Shown here one piece after another: positions 28,501-36,159 of a stretch of DNA of 64,000 bases. Location: assembly GCF_000744815.1 (NCBI RefSeq), contig NZ_JQMQ01000005.1, forward strand, positions 4,729,801-4,793,800. The letters run 5' to 3'. A program made the position numbers and the translations under genes. The notes beneath the pieces were generated by a model. It was not told the DNA's origin, made no database searches, and worked only from the letters and a program-made list of their open reading frames with translations. The stretch comes from Phaeacidiphilus oryzae TH49. Its GTDB lineage: Bacteria > Actinomycetota > Actinomycetes > Streptomycetales > Streptomycetaceae. How positions within the stretch are numbered: the stretch's first letter is position 1; every line of letters begins with the position of its first letter.

Positions 28501-30676
28501 CCGCCCGGGCGGCGTTGGCGGAGGCGAGCACCCGGCCTACGCGCTCCAGGATGCCGGTGCGGACGGCGGCGTCGCCGATGTCCAGCTCGGTGACGACGTC
28601 GGTGACGGTGCGCAGTCCGCGCTGCAGCTCGTCCAGGCGGGCGGAGAGCGGCGCGGAGTCGGCCGTCCGGTCCAGGGCCCCGGCCCGGGCGGTGAGCGCG
28701 GACAGGTCGGCGAGGAGGCCGTCGAAGGCGTCGGGACGGGCCAGGTGCTCGACGGCCCGCCGGGCGAAGGAGGCGATGTCCGACTCCAGGCCGGCGGCCA
28801 GGGCGAGTGCCGACTCGCGTTCCACGTACGGGAGTTCGGCCAGGGGGAGGACGGCGGCGTGCGCGGTGCGCAGGGCTGTCAGGCGCTCCACCCATTCGGC
28901 GGCGGTGGCCGGGGCCTCGCCGCGGGCGCGCCGGACCAACGCGGTGACCTCCCGCTCGGCCTCGGCGAGCGCGTCGGCGGCACGGCGGGTGAGGTCGTCC
29001 ACGCGGTCGAACTCGGCGAGGGTCTGCGCGGCGGTGGCCCGCAGCGCCTCCAGGATCGTCAGGACGTCCCGGAGCGGGCTCCCCGTGGCCTGGGCCTCTT
29101 CGGCCTCTTCGGCTGCTTCGGTCTCTTCGGCCTCCGCAAGCCATGGGTGGGCGCTGACGGCGTGGGTGCAGGCGGCGGCCAGCCGCCGGTAGCCCTCGGC
29201 GGTGTGCTCGGGCTCGGTGGCCGAGCGGGCGATCGCGAAGAGCGTGGAGACCCCGCGCACCAGATCGGCGTTGCCGATCCGGGCCAGCGCCGGGTCGGGG
29301 GCGTCGGTGGTACGGGAGTGGGCGTCGGCCCACGTGTCCGACGCGTAGGGCGAGTTCCAGAACTGGACGGTGTGGACGCGGGCGGGCTCGCCGGCGGCGT
29401 CCGCCCGCAGCAGGGCGAGGGTGCCGTCGTCGAGCAGCGTGTAGTCCCGGCAGAGCAGCGGGGCCGCGAACTCCTGGCGCACCAGGTTGTAGGAGAGCAG
29501 CAGGGCGTGGCCGGTGGCCCGGCAGCGGAAGGCGTAGAGGACGTCCTCGCCGCCGGGCGCGCGGTGCTCGCGTTCGAATTCCGGCTCGCGGATCACTGCG
29601 GGGTCCGGTTCGAAGGCGCCGTGCCGGCCGCCGGCCAGGCAGTAGCCGCCGGGGAAGACGACGCCCTGCTGGTCGGGCAGCGAGCGGCAGGCCCGGCCGA
29701 TGCCGTCCAGGCGGACGACGGCCCGGGTGGTGGTGTCGAAGACCAGATGGCGGGCGACCGGCTCCCGGTAGGGGCGGACGCGCAGCAGGATCAGCGCGCC
29801 CACGCGGGCGTGCGCGACCTCGGCGTCGTCCAGGGACTGCAGCGGCTCGTCGACCGGCTCGCTGTACACGCCGTCGCCGGTGGCGGTGTCGTCCTCGGTC
29901 TTGACGGTGAGGGTGCCGCCGAGGGTGTCGACGAACAGCTCGCCGCGGACGGCGATGTGCGGGTGCCGGCCGGCCCGCTGGTCCTCCCGGACCGCCTCGG
30001 TCCAGTCGAAGTCGTACGCGGGGGCGGGGGAGAGCTCGCGGTCGCCGTGGGCGTCCAGGAACTCGGCGGAGTCGTCCTTGACGGCCCAGCGCAGCCCGCG
30101 GACGTCGGTGGCGCGCTCGCCCGTACGGAAGAGGGCGAGGACGCCGTCCTCGCCGCCGCGCAGGCGGACCAGCCGGGCGTCGCGGAAGTAGCGGTGCAGC
30201 TCGTCGAAGGCCTGCCGGAAGCCCGGCGCGTCCAGCAGGCCGGGCACGGCGTCGGCGGGCAGCGGGGCCAACTCGCGATCGTGGAGGGCGAGTACGTCGG
30301 CCGGGCGGACGCCGGCGCCGTCGCCCGGGCCGGAGACGGGGCTGGAGCCGGGGACGGGGACGGGGCTGGAGCCGGGCACGGGGGCGAAGCCCAGCAGCAG
30401 CCGGTCGCCCACCCTGGCGATCCCGCTGGGGAGGGCGGCACGCTCGGTACGGACGCGGGCGGTACGGGCCGGCGCGAGACGCGCGGAGCCGAAGGCGGCT
30501 GTCCGGCGCGTGTTCAACTCCTCGGTGAGCGAGCCGAGTTCGGCCGCCTGCGCGGCGAGTCTGCGGCGCAGGACGGCGTAGGCTCCGGCATCCGGCCCGG
30601 AGTGCGGACCGGCTCCGATGGCCGCCCCCGCGGTCGCGTCCGCCCGCGGCTCCCTCTCCTCACCTGCTGCGTTCAC
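25541..30676 (-). CDS. Giant (1711 aa) MoxR-like AAA+ ATPase with a long N-terminal region and coiled-coil segments; last gene of the NfeD-flotillin operon
   Basis: Single uninterrupted frame. C-terminal AAA domain has Walker A LLLLVSPPGYGKTSL, Walker B VLLHLDDVQ and a MoxR-like sensor region (FAVWMTANPYTESGGRFRIPDMLASRADVWNLG). Long Ala/Glu/Arg-rich coiled-coil stretches upstream. GTG start at 30676 overlaps an upstream in-frame TGA (GTGA). Confidence 0.8.
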   Translation of the reverse strand: MNAAGEEREPRADATAGAAIGAGPHSGPDAGAYAVLRRRLAAQAAELGSLTEELNTRRTAAFGSARLAPARTARVRTERAALPSGIARVGDRLLLGFAPVPGSSPVPVPGSSPVSGPGDGAGVRPADVLALHDRELAPLPADAVPGLLDAPGFRQAFDELHRYFRDARLVRLRGGEDGVLALFRTGERATDVRGLRWAVKDDSAEFLDAHGDRELSPAPAYDFDWTEAVREDQRAGRHPHIAVRGELFVDTLGGTLTVKTEDDTATGDGVYSEPVDEPLQSLDDAEVAHARVGALILLRVRPYREPVARHLVFDTTTRAVVRLDGIGRACRSLPDQQGVVFPGGYCLAGGRHGAFEPDPAVIREPEFEREHRAPGGEDVLYAFRCRATGHALLLSYNLVRQEFAAPLLCRDYTLLDDGTLALLRADAAGEPARVHTVQFWNSPYASDTWADAHSRTTDAPDPALARIGNADLVRGVSTLFAIARSATEPEHTAEGYRRLAAACTHAVSAHPWLAEAEETEAAEEAEEAQATGSPLRDVLTILEALRATAAQTLAEFDRVDDLTRRAADALAEAEREVTALVRRARGEAPATAAEWVERLTALRTAHAAVLPLAELPYVERESALALAAGLESDIASFARRAVEHLARPDAFDGLLADLSALTARAGALDRTADSAPLSARLDELQRGLRTVTDVVTELDIGDAAVRTGILERVGRVLASANAARAALAARLAELGEDESRAESAAELALLRQTTATALASAGTPAACEEQSARLLFRLEDLESRFGASEEALARTAELRAEITDAFAARRQNLLDERARRAERLLRAAEQALRTVGLRVSALPDATAAAAYFATDPVVARIRRAAADLRGLDEPLRAEELEGRLAEAGQAAARALRDRADLYTEGGRVVRLGRRRFTVTTQPFDLALVPGADGGLDLAVTGTDYREPVTDPDFLSTCDCWGRTLPSESPAVYRAEYLAARLLRDNGPDALGSNALGSDPDDLVELTELASAAARSAYDEGYEQGVHDHDAALILAALLRLRAGAGVLRFPARARASAQLFWAHGATPESRAVWALRAASLSRARADFGPTPGGAAGIAAWCAELARAIEEFTPGDGSSPAAAEYLFEELTETPDDFALSAGARTFLDGFHRAMSEDARASYPDALSSLADDLPARRQLVETWLSAYADASAASTEADSALDAVPASIAEAVAAELTPGLPRRLVEAPLSHTVEGLRGSHPRIDHGRLEVRLDELLDRTARFEAVEVPAFRAYQHRRADLVAAARAQLRLDEHRPRVSAGFVRNRLIEEVYLPLVGDSLARQLGTAEGPRVAQQGLLLLVSPPGYGKTSLIDYVADRLGLLLVRVDGPALGEGTTSLDPARAPDAAARREIEKVNFALAAGGNVLLHLDDVQHASPELLQRFIPLCDAQRGVEGVWNGAARRYDLRGKRFAVWMTANPYTESGGRFRIPDMLASRADVWNLGEVLSGREDAFSLSFIENALAANPVLAPAAAFDRSDLTTLLRLAAGDPAARREPLRAACPPADLARIESVLRHLLAARDTVLAVNAAYIASAAQSPETRTEPPFLLQGSYRDMNAVAARLDPAMNPAEAAAVVDDHYTAAAQTLATGAEFNLLRLAELRGALTPEEGVRLKEIRAAHVRARALTGAGGGPEADPAHRAAAALSLLADRAAAIESAILRTAERESHAPRHPR

Positions 30677-30704
30677 GTCCGGCGTCTCTCACTTCCCGGC
30701 TTGT

Positions 30705-30872
30705 ACCGCGTGTGCTGTGTGTACTGCGTCTGCCGCGTGCCTTGCGTGCCTCGCGTGGCCTGCGTGCTCCGCGTGCCTCGCGTGCCCGGCGTGCCTCGTG
30801 TGCCCCGGGGGCCTCGCGTGCCCTGCGTGCCTCGCGTGGCCCGGGGGCCCGCGTGCCCTGTCCGCCCCGCGT
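30705..30872. repeat. About 18-copy tandem 9-bp repeat array (consensus CYCGCGTGC) filling the flotillin to AAA-ATPase intergenic region
   Basis: Direct reading gives ...gccgcgtgc cttgcgtgc ctcgcgtgg cctgcgtgc tccgcgtgc ctcgcgtgc ccggcgtgc ctcgtgtgc cccgggggc ctcgcgtgc cctgcgtgc ctcgcgtgg cccgggggc... Because the unit is 9 bp, all three frames stay open. A 96-aa minus-strand ORF (30673-30963) spans it. Confidence 0.85.
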
Positions 30873-30959
30873 GTGCCGGCGCCCCGGGCCCCCGGCCCGT
30901 CCGGCCCGGTGCCGCGCCTGTCGGGCCCGACCCCTGTGCGGGCCCGACAGGAAGCGCGG

Positions 30960-33041
30960 TCACGCCGAGGCGTCGCCGCCGTTCGCCGCCGCCAGCGGCA
31001 TCTGGGCCAGGCCCAACCGCTCGGCCTGCTCCATCAGACGGCGGACCTGGCCGGCCTGCGCCCCGCCGTCCTTGGCCAGCCGCGTCAGCAGTGCCGACAC
31101 CGTGAGGTCGCGCACGTCCCCGGCGGAGACCGAGCCGACCATCCTGGTCAGGTCCTCCGGGAAGCTCGCGCTGCCGTTCAGCCAGGGGCCGATCAGCGCC
31201 TGCGCCGTCTCGGAGTGCTGGACGAAGCCGTCGACGCCCTTGCCCATGCCGATCGCCGAGACCAGCCGGTCGAAGAAGGCGCTCTCGCCGCCGACGATGT
31301 CGATGTCGGCGTGCTCCAACCCGGTGGCCAGCACGGTGGCCTGGGCCTCCGCGAGCCGGCGCTGCATGTCCAGGCCGGCCAGCCGGACCTCCTTCTCCGC
31401 GGCCAGGCGCAGCCGGTACTCCTCGTGGCCGCGGGAGGCGTCGTCCAGCGCGGCCATCGCCGCAGCCTTCTCGGTGAGCCCCTCGGCCTCGGCCTTCAGC
31501 TTCTCGCCGATCATCGCGGCCTCCGCGGTGGCCAGTGCCGCCGTCCCCTCGGCCTCGGCGAGCGCCTTGAGCCGCGCCCCCTCCGCCTCGGCCCGCAGCC
31601 GCGCGGCCGTCGCCTCGGCCTCGGCCCGGCCGGCCTTCTCCACTACCTCCGCCTCCTTGTCCCGCACCTGCACGGAGGCGAGGCCGCCGGCGGCCTCCTC
31701 GGCCTGCACGGCCTCGGCGAGCCGCAGCTTGGCCTTGGCGTCCAGGTCGGCGGCCTTCAACCGGGCCTCGGCCAGGGTGAGTTGCTCGGCCGCCCGGTGA
31801 GTGGCCGCGGCCTCGGCGGCCTCCGCCGCCTTGATGTCCTTGACCAGCCGCTCCTGGGCCTCCGCCTCGGCGGCGATGATCACGGACTGGCGGGTGCGCT
31901 CGGCCTCCTCGACCACGCGCAGCTTCTTGATGGACTCCTCCTGCTCGGCGACCGTCCGGTCGACCGCGACCCGCTCGCGTACCACGTCCGCCATCTCCCG
32001 GCGCTCGGTCTCGACCTCGCGCTGGGCGGCGATCCGGGACAGCTCGGTGGCACGGTCCCGGGCGATGGCCTCCAACTGGCGGTCCTTCTCGATCCGTTCG
32101 TTCTCCACGGCGATCACCCGCTCGCGGTTCTTCTCCGCGGCGGCGATCTCCCGCGCCTGGTTCTCGCGCTGCACGCCGAGCAGCTCCTCGGTGCGGATGA
32201 ACGCGGTCTGCGCCTCCAGCCGCTGCTCCTCCTGCGTCTTGGCGGTGACCGCCTCCTCGCGGGCCCGCAGCGTCTCCACCTCGCGGCGCTGCTTGATCTC
32301 GGCCTCCGCCTGCCGGCGCTCCAGCTCCAGGATGGTCTCCCGGGCGTCGACGTCCTGGCGGGTGATCTCCTTCTGCTCGGTGCGCTGGTACTCGTTGGTG
32401 CGCACGTGCTCGGTCGTCGTCAGCTCGGTGATCTTGCGGATGCCCTGGGCGTCCAGGATGTTCGACGGGTCGAGCTGCGACATCGAGGTCTGCTCGAGGA
32501 AGTCGATGGCCGCGTCGTCCAGGTGGTAGCCGTTCAGGTCGGTGCCGATGACCTGGATGATGCGGTCCCGGAACTCCTCGCGCTTGGTGTAGAGATCGAC
32601 GAAGTCCAGCTGCTTGCCGACGGTCTTGAGCCCCTCGGAGAACTTCGCCGCGAAGAACTCCTGGATCGCCTTCGGGTCGCTGGCGGTGGCCGTGCCGATG
32701 GACTGCGCGACCTTGACGACGTCCTCGACGGTCTTGTTCACCCGCACGAAGAACGAGATGTGGATGTCCGCGCGGATGTTGTCCCGGCAGATCAGCCCCT
32801 CCCGGCCGGTGCGCCGGATCTCGATGGTCTTCACCGAGATGTCCATGTACTCGGCCTTGTGGACGACGGGCAGCACGATCGCGCCGGTGAAGGTCACGTC
32901 GACCTTCTTGGCCTTGGAGATGATCAGCGCCCGCCCCTGCTCCACCTTGCGGAACAGCCGGCTGAAGAGCACCAGCACCGTGAGCGAGATGAGCAGCACG
33001 ACGGCGACGAGCACACCGATGGCCAGGGATACGGCATCCAT
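30960..33041 (-). CDS. Flotillin family (SPFH/band-7) protein, YqiK/FloT-like, with an extended coiled-coil
   Basis: N-terminal transmembrane anchor, SPFH domain (ALIISKAKKVDVTFTGAIVLPVVHKAEYMDISVKTIEI...) and a long EA-rich coiled-coil (AEAEIKQRREVETLRAREEA...). GAAGGA RBS precedes the ATG at 33041. Confidence 0.9.
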   Translation of the reverse strand: MDAVSLAIGVLVAVVLLISLTVLVLFSRLFRKVEQGRALIISKAKKVDVTFTGAIVLPVVHKAEYMDISVKTIEIRRTGREGLICRDNIRADIHISFFVRVNKTVEDVVKVAQSIGTATASDPKAIQEFFAAKFSEGLKTVGKQLDFVDLYTKREEFRDRIIQVIGTDLNGYHLDDAAIDFLEQTSMSQLDPSNILDAQGIRKITELTTTEHVRTNEYQRTEQKEITRQDVDARETILELERRQAEAEIKQRREVETLRAREEAVTAKTQEEQRLEAQTAFIRTEELLGVQRENQAREIAAAEKNRERVIAVENERIEKDRQLEAIARDRATELSRIAAQREVETERREMADVVRERVAVDRTVAEQEESIKKLRVVEEAERTRQSVIIAAEAEAQERLVKDIKAAEAAEAAATHRAAEQLTLAEARLKAADLDAKAKLRLAEAVQAEEAAGGLASVQVRDKEAEVVEKAGRAEAEATAARLRAEAEGARLKALAEAEGTAALATAEAAMIGEKLKAEAEGLTEKAAAMAALDDASRGHEEYRLRLAAEKEVRLAGLDMQRRLAEAQATVLATGLEHADIDIVGGESAFFDRLVSAIGMGKGVDGFVQHSETAQALIGPWLNGSASFPEDLTRMVGSVSAGDVRDLTVSALLTRLAKDGGAQAGQVRRLMEQAERLGLAQMPLAAANGGDASA

Positions 33042-33070
33042 GACAGAGACAGTCCTTCGAGGATCAACAG

Positions 33071-33095
33071 GTGAGGTGAGGTGAGATGAGGTGCG
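33071..33095. repeat. Hexamer tandem repeat (GGTGAG x4 on plus strand, CTCACC on minus strand) in the flotillin 5' leader
   Basis: Plus strand reads caggtgaggtgaggtgagatgaggtg, located 30-55 nt upstream of the flotillin ATG on the minus strand. Confidence 0.7.
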
Positions 33096-33195
33096 CCGAG
33101 CGGGCCGCGGACACGCACGCGGGCATGCGGGCCCGCGAGTCGGTGGCCGGGCGTCGCGGAGACTCTTCCCGGAACCCGGCAGCTTCGGCTCGCCG

Positions 33196-33252
33196 CCGCT
33201 ACGTCTGCAGCGCTACGTCTGCGCCGCTACGTCTGCGTCACTACGTCTGCGG
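33196..33252. repeat. Tandem 14-bp repeat x4 (CGCTACGTCTGCGN) between the NfeD-like gene stop and the flotillin start
   Basis: ccgctacgtctgcag cgctacgtctgcgc cgctacgtctgcgt cactacgtctgcgg; each unit has an ACGT core. The last copy overlaps the NfeD-like stop. Confidence 0.8.
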
Positions 33253-33885
33253 CGCGCCCGGCGGCCCGGTTTCGGGTCGCAGTACGGGGTCGAAGGGCGC
33301 GACCCAGAAGAACTCGCCCTGCTCGTCGTAGTCGTAGAGCAGACCGGTGGTCCCCGCGGCCCCCGCGGCCAGCAGCTCGGCGTCCCTCGGCTGGGCGCGG
33401 ACCGGCACCACGGCGCTCGACCCGTCCTCGGCGCCGACCTCGGCCTGGCCGAATTCGGCCGTGACCCGCCCGGTGCGGATCCGGCAGGTGAGTCCGACGA
33501 AGTCGCGCCGGGACGGGGCGGATTGCTCGGGCAGCACCCGGCGCAGCCGCCGGACCAGCGCCAGGGTGGACACCCAGGACAGCAGCAGGGCGGCGAAGAG
33601 CACCGCCGTTTCGAGGACGGTCCGCAGGGGCCCCGCCGCGACCGCGGCGCGGACCAGCAGCGCGCCGGTCAGGCTGGTGAACCAGGCGATCAGGACCAGG
33701 AAGGACACCGGCACGGTGACCGGTACCGAGCCGCCGCCGAGCGTCTCGGGGAGGTGGTGGGCGTGCAGCGCGTCGTGGTCCGCCGCCCCGACCAGGACCA
33801 GCAGCCAGAACACCACCACGACGATCAGGGCTGCGCCGAACAGCACGGCCGGGAAACCGAGCGCGGCACGCAGGAACTCTCCCAC
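33241..33885 (-). CDS. NfeD-like / YqiJ-family (DUF1449) membrane protein; first gene of the flotillin operon
   Basis: N-terminal transmembrane helices (FPAVLFGAALIVVVVFWLLVLVGAA, FLVLIAWFTSLTGALLV) and a C-terminal beta-rich OB-like region, in the position of yqiJ/nfeD upstream of the flotillin. GGAGGGGGAGGG lies 3 nt upstream of the GTG at 33885. ORF is open to 34191. Confidence 0.65.
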   Translation of the reverse strand: MGEFLRAALGFPAVLFGAALIVVVVFWLLVLVGAADHDALHAHHLPETLGGGSVPVTVPVSFLVLIAWFTSLTGALLVRAAVAAGPLRTVLETAVLFAALLLSWVSTLALVRRLRRVLPEQSAPSRRDFVGLTCRIRTGRVTAEFGQAEVGAEDGSSAVVPVRAQPRDAELLAAGAAGTTGLLYDYDEQGEFFWVAPFDPVLRPETGPPGAPQT

Positions 33886-34141
33886 CTGCCCTCCCCCTCC
33901 GAAACCGGCCCTGCGGCCCTCGCTTTCCGGGCGTGGCCTCGTGCCACTCCCCTGCGAGACAGCATCCTGAGGGGAGGGAGGGGCCCACCGCATTGCCCGT
34001 TTCCGGCAATCTTTACCGGCTCCCCATGCCGGTTGCACGACAACCGGACCCACCTGCGATTCTTGATTGGTTCTTGACGACGGGCGCTGAGCCGCCGTTG
34101 ACGGCACCGCGTGACGGTCGGGAGGGGTGGGGTGGGTGTCG

Positions 34142-35230
34142 ATGTCCGATGCCGTGGTCGCCGCGGACTGGAGCGCCGGCGAAGGCGCCACCGGCCCCGA
34201 CGGCTACGCCCGGCTGCTCGCCGAGGTCGCGGCGACCGGCCGCCGCCTCACCCGCGGGGAACTCGACGAGCATCGCGCCCGTGGCGAGGCCGCCGCCGGC
34301 TCCGGTCGCTCGCTCCGTGAACTCGTCGGCCGCTACCTGGCCGCGACCAGGGCCGCCTGGCCGGAGAACGCCCCCTCGGCGGACCCAGTGCTGGCCGCGA
34401 TGGCCATGGCCGTGGACGCCTTCGCCGACGGCTACGAGCGCGCTCAGCGGATCGCCGTCCGCCAGGAGGAGAACGCCCGCCGGGAGTTCATCGACGACCT
34501 GCTGTACGGCCGCGGGGACCTCGGCCGGCTCGCCCAGCGCGCCGAGCGCTTCGGCCTCCGCCTCGCCCACGCGTACGTCGTGGCCGTGGCGGCGGCCGCG
34601 GACCTCGCCGCGTACGACGCCGTGCACCCCGTCACGCGACAGGTGGAACTCGCCCTGCGCGGCCGGTTCGGCACCCGCAGCATCCTCCTCACCACCAAGG
34701 ACGCCCGGCTCGTCTGCATCGCCCCCGCCGATCACACCGACGTGCTCGACCACTTCGCCGCGCTGGTCCGCGGCGCGGACCGCACGGCGCGCGTCGCCGT
34801 CGGCCGCCCGCACCCAGGCGCGGGCGGCGTCGTCCACTCGTACGAGGAGGCGCTCAACGCCCTCGACCTGGCCGACCGCCTCGACCTGCCCAGCCCTCTG
34901 CTGCACGCCGCCGACCTGCTGGTCTACCCCGTGCTGACCCGCGACCGGGACGCCATGGCCGACCTGGTGCGGCACGCCCTCGGCCCGCTGGAGCGGGCCC
35001 GCGGCGGAGCCGGGCCGCTGCTGAGGACGCTCAGCGTCTACTTCGACAGCGGCTGCGTCTCGGCGGAGGCGGCCCGCAGGCTCGCACTCAGCGTCCGCGC
35101 CCTCACCTACCGCCTGGCCCGAGTCCGGGACCTGACCGGCGCCGACCCGGCCGACCCGGCCCACCGCTACACCCTCCAGACCGCCGTCATCGGCGCCCGC
35201 CTACTGGACTGGCCCGCCCGGGCGCTGTGA
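34142..35230 (+). CDS. PucR/CdaR family transcriptional regulator
   Basis: C-terminal PucR-type HTH (RTLSVYFDSGCVSAEAARRLALSVRALTYRLARVRDLTGADPADP). Transcribed divergently from the NfeD-flotillin operon. Start could be GTG 34127, GTG 34136 or ATG 34142. Confidence 0.75.
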   Translation: MSDAVVAADWSAGEGATGPDGYARLLAEVAATGRRLTRGELDEHRARGEAAAGSGRSLRELVGRYLAATRAAWPENAPSADPVLAAMAMAVDAFADGYERAQRIAVRQEENARREFIDDLLYGRGDLGRLAQRAERFGLRLAHAYVVAVAAAADLAAYDAVHPVTRQVELALRGRFGTRSILLTTKDARLVCIAPADHTDVLDHFAALVRGADRTARVAVGRPHPGAGGVVHSYEEALNALDLADRLDLPSPLLHAADLLVYPVLTRDRDAMADLVRHALGPLERARGGAGPLLRTLSVYFDSGCVSAEAARRLALSVRALTYRLARVRDLTGADPADPAHRYTLQTAVIGARLLDWPARAL

Positions 35231-35258
35231 CGGCTCGGCGGGGGCCGGGAGGTCCACG

Positions 35259-35798
35259 GTGATCATCAGCAGAGGCGGCCGTCGTGCCGCGATCCGAACA
35301 GACGAGTCTTCTGCCGTCTACGTCGGCACACATGTCGCTCGCTGCGAGCGCGCCGGCCCGGCCGAGCCGGTACGTGCGGTGCGGGCGGTCGTGGAACTGA
35401 GCCGAGCGCTCGGCGGGATGACGATGCGGGCCCTTCTCGGGGCCGAGTTCTCACCGGATCCATCGGGGTCGGCGACTGAGTTCGAGGTCCCGTTCGATGA
35501 GCCTCTGGGGCTCGGCGCGGTTGCCCATGCCCACTGCCGCAGCGAGCTCGGACGCTCGCTCGTGGCTGGGTTGCCAGGCGACTTCGCCGCTGCGGTGCTC
35601 GACGGACTGGCAGGAGAGGCCGCGGCCAGGACGTTGCCGAGGGGGCTGCTGCGGATCGACCGCGCGGGCTTCGACGAGGCAGGCTCCTCTGAGATGGCCT
35701 TCAAGCTCGCTGGGGGCCTGTTGCGGTGTGTCGTGGAGGCCCTGCTGCATGGCGACGATCCGCTCGTGGCGGCCCAGGCCGTCGTGAGCGGATGGTGA
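35259..35798 (+). CDS. Hypothetical protein with atypical (lower GC3) codon usage
   Basis: 179-aa ORF with protein-like composition but many A/T-ending codons (tca, gat, cca, act, gtt, ttg, tct, tgt) compared with its neighbours. Lies between the PucR gene and the tRNA-Lys 3' end. Confidence 0.3.
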   Translation: MIISRGGRRAAIRTDESSAVYVGTHVARCERAGPAEPVRAVRAVVELSRALGGMTMRALLGAEFSPDPSGSATEFEVPFDEPLGLGAVAHAHCRSELGRSLVAGLPGDFAAAVLDGLAGEAAARTLPRGLLRIDRAGFDEAGSSEMAFKLAGGLLRCVVEALLHGDDPLVAAQAVVSGW

Positions 35799-36015
35799 CG
35801 TGGGAGTCAGGCCGAAGAATAGGCAGCGCCGATGGCAGCCGGGGGCCCCCGGTGAACAGCCTCACCAAGGCGTCCAGATGGCCGATGCCGTGTAGTCGTG
35901 TGTGCGCGGACGCCCCACGCAGGGGGAGTGAGCCTGCGCACTGGGACCTGCCTCCGGCGAGCTGATCGGACGCGTGCGGTTCTTGTGCAGGCGTTCCCGC
36001 TCTGCTCCCACCGCA

Positions 36016-36064
36016 AATCAAAAACGGCCTGGGGCCTCCCGTCGAAACGCGAGGCCCCAGGCCG
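36016..36064 (-). terminator. Intrinsic terminator downstream of tRNA-Lys
   Basis: Minus strand has a 13-bp perfect stem GGCCTGGGGCCTC/GAGGCCCCAGGCC with loop gcgtttcgacgg, then GTTTTTGATTTG. It starts 22 nt after the tRNA 3' end. Confidence 0.75.
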
Positions 36065-36085
36065 TTGTACTGCATGTCTTGCTTG

Positions 36086-36159
36086 TGCGCCGCCAGGGAC
36101 TCGAACCCCGGACCCGCTGATTAAGAGTCAGCTGCTCTAACCAACTGAGCTAGCGGCGC
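36086..36159 (-). tRNA. tRNA-Lys: tRNA-Lys (anticodon CTT)
   Basis: Minus strand GCGCCGCTAGCTCAGTTGGTTAGAGCAGCTGACTCTTAATCAGCGGGTCCGGGGTTCGAGTCCCTGGCGGCGCA folds as a cloverleaf: 7-bp acceptor stem, TAGCTCAGTTGGTTAGAGC D-arm, anticodon loop CTCTTAA, GGTTCGAGTCC T-arm. CCA is not encoded. Confidence 0.9.

Noticed and set aside
25431-30676. Multiple long ORFs in other frames overlapping the giant ATPase gene (25431-29333 minus, 25550-27733 plus, 28745-31105 plus)
   Set aside because: Low-complexity translations; only the 25541-30676 frame carries the Walker A/B and sensor motifs and a coherent protein-like sequence.
30700-30870. Possible CRISPR array, because of the regular short repeats
   Set aside because: Units are contiguous 9-mers with no spacers and no cas genes; this is a simple tandem repeat, not a CRISPR.
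35701-36075. 124-aa minus ORF overlapping the tRNA terminator
   Set aside because: It begins inside the terminator hairpin, has no motifs and a low-complexity translation; likely noncoding.
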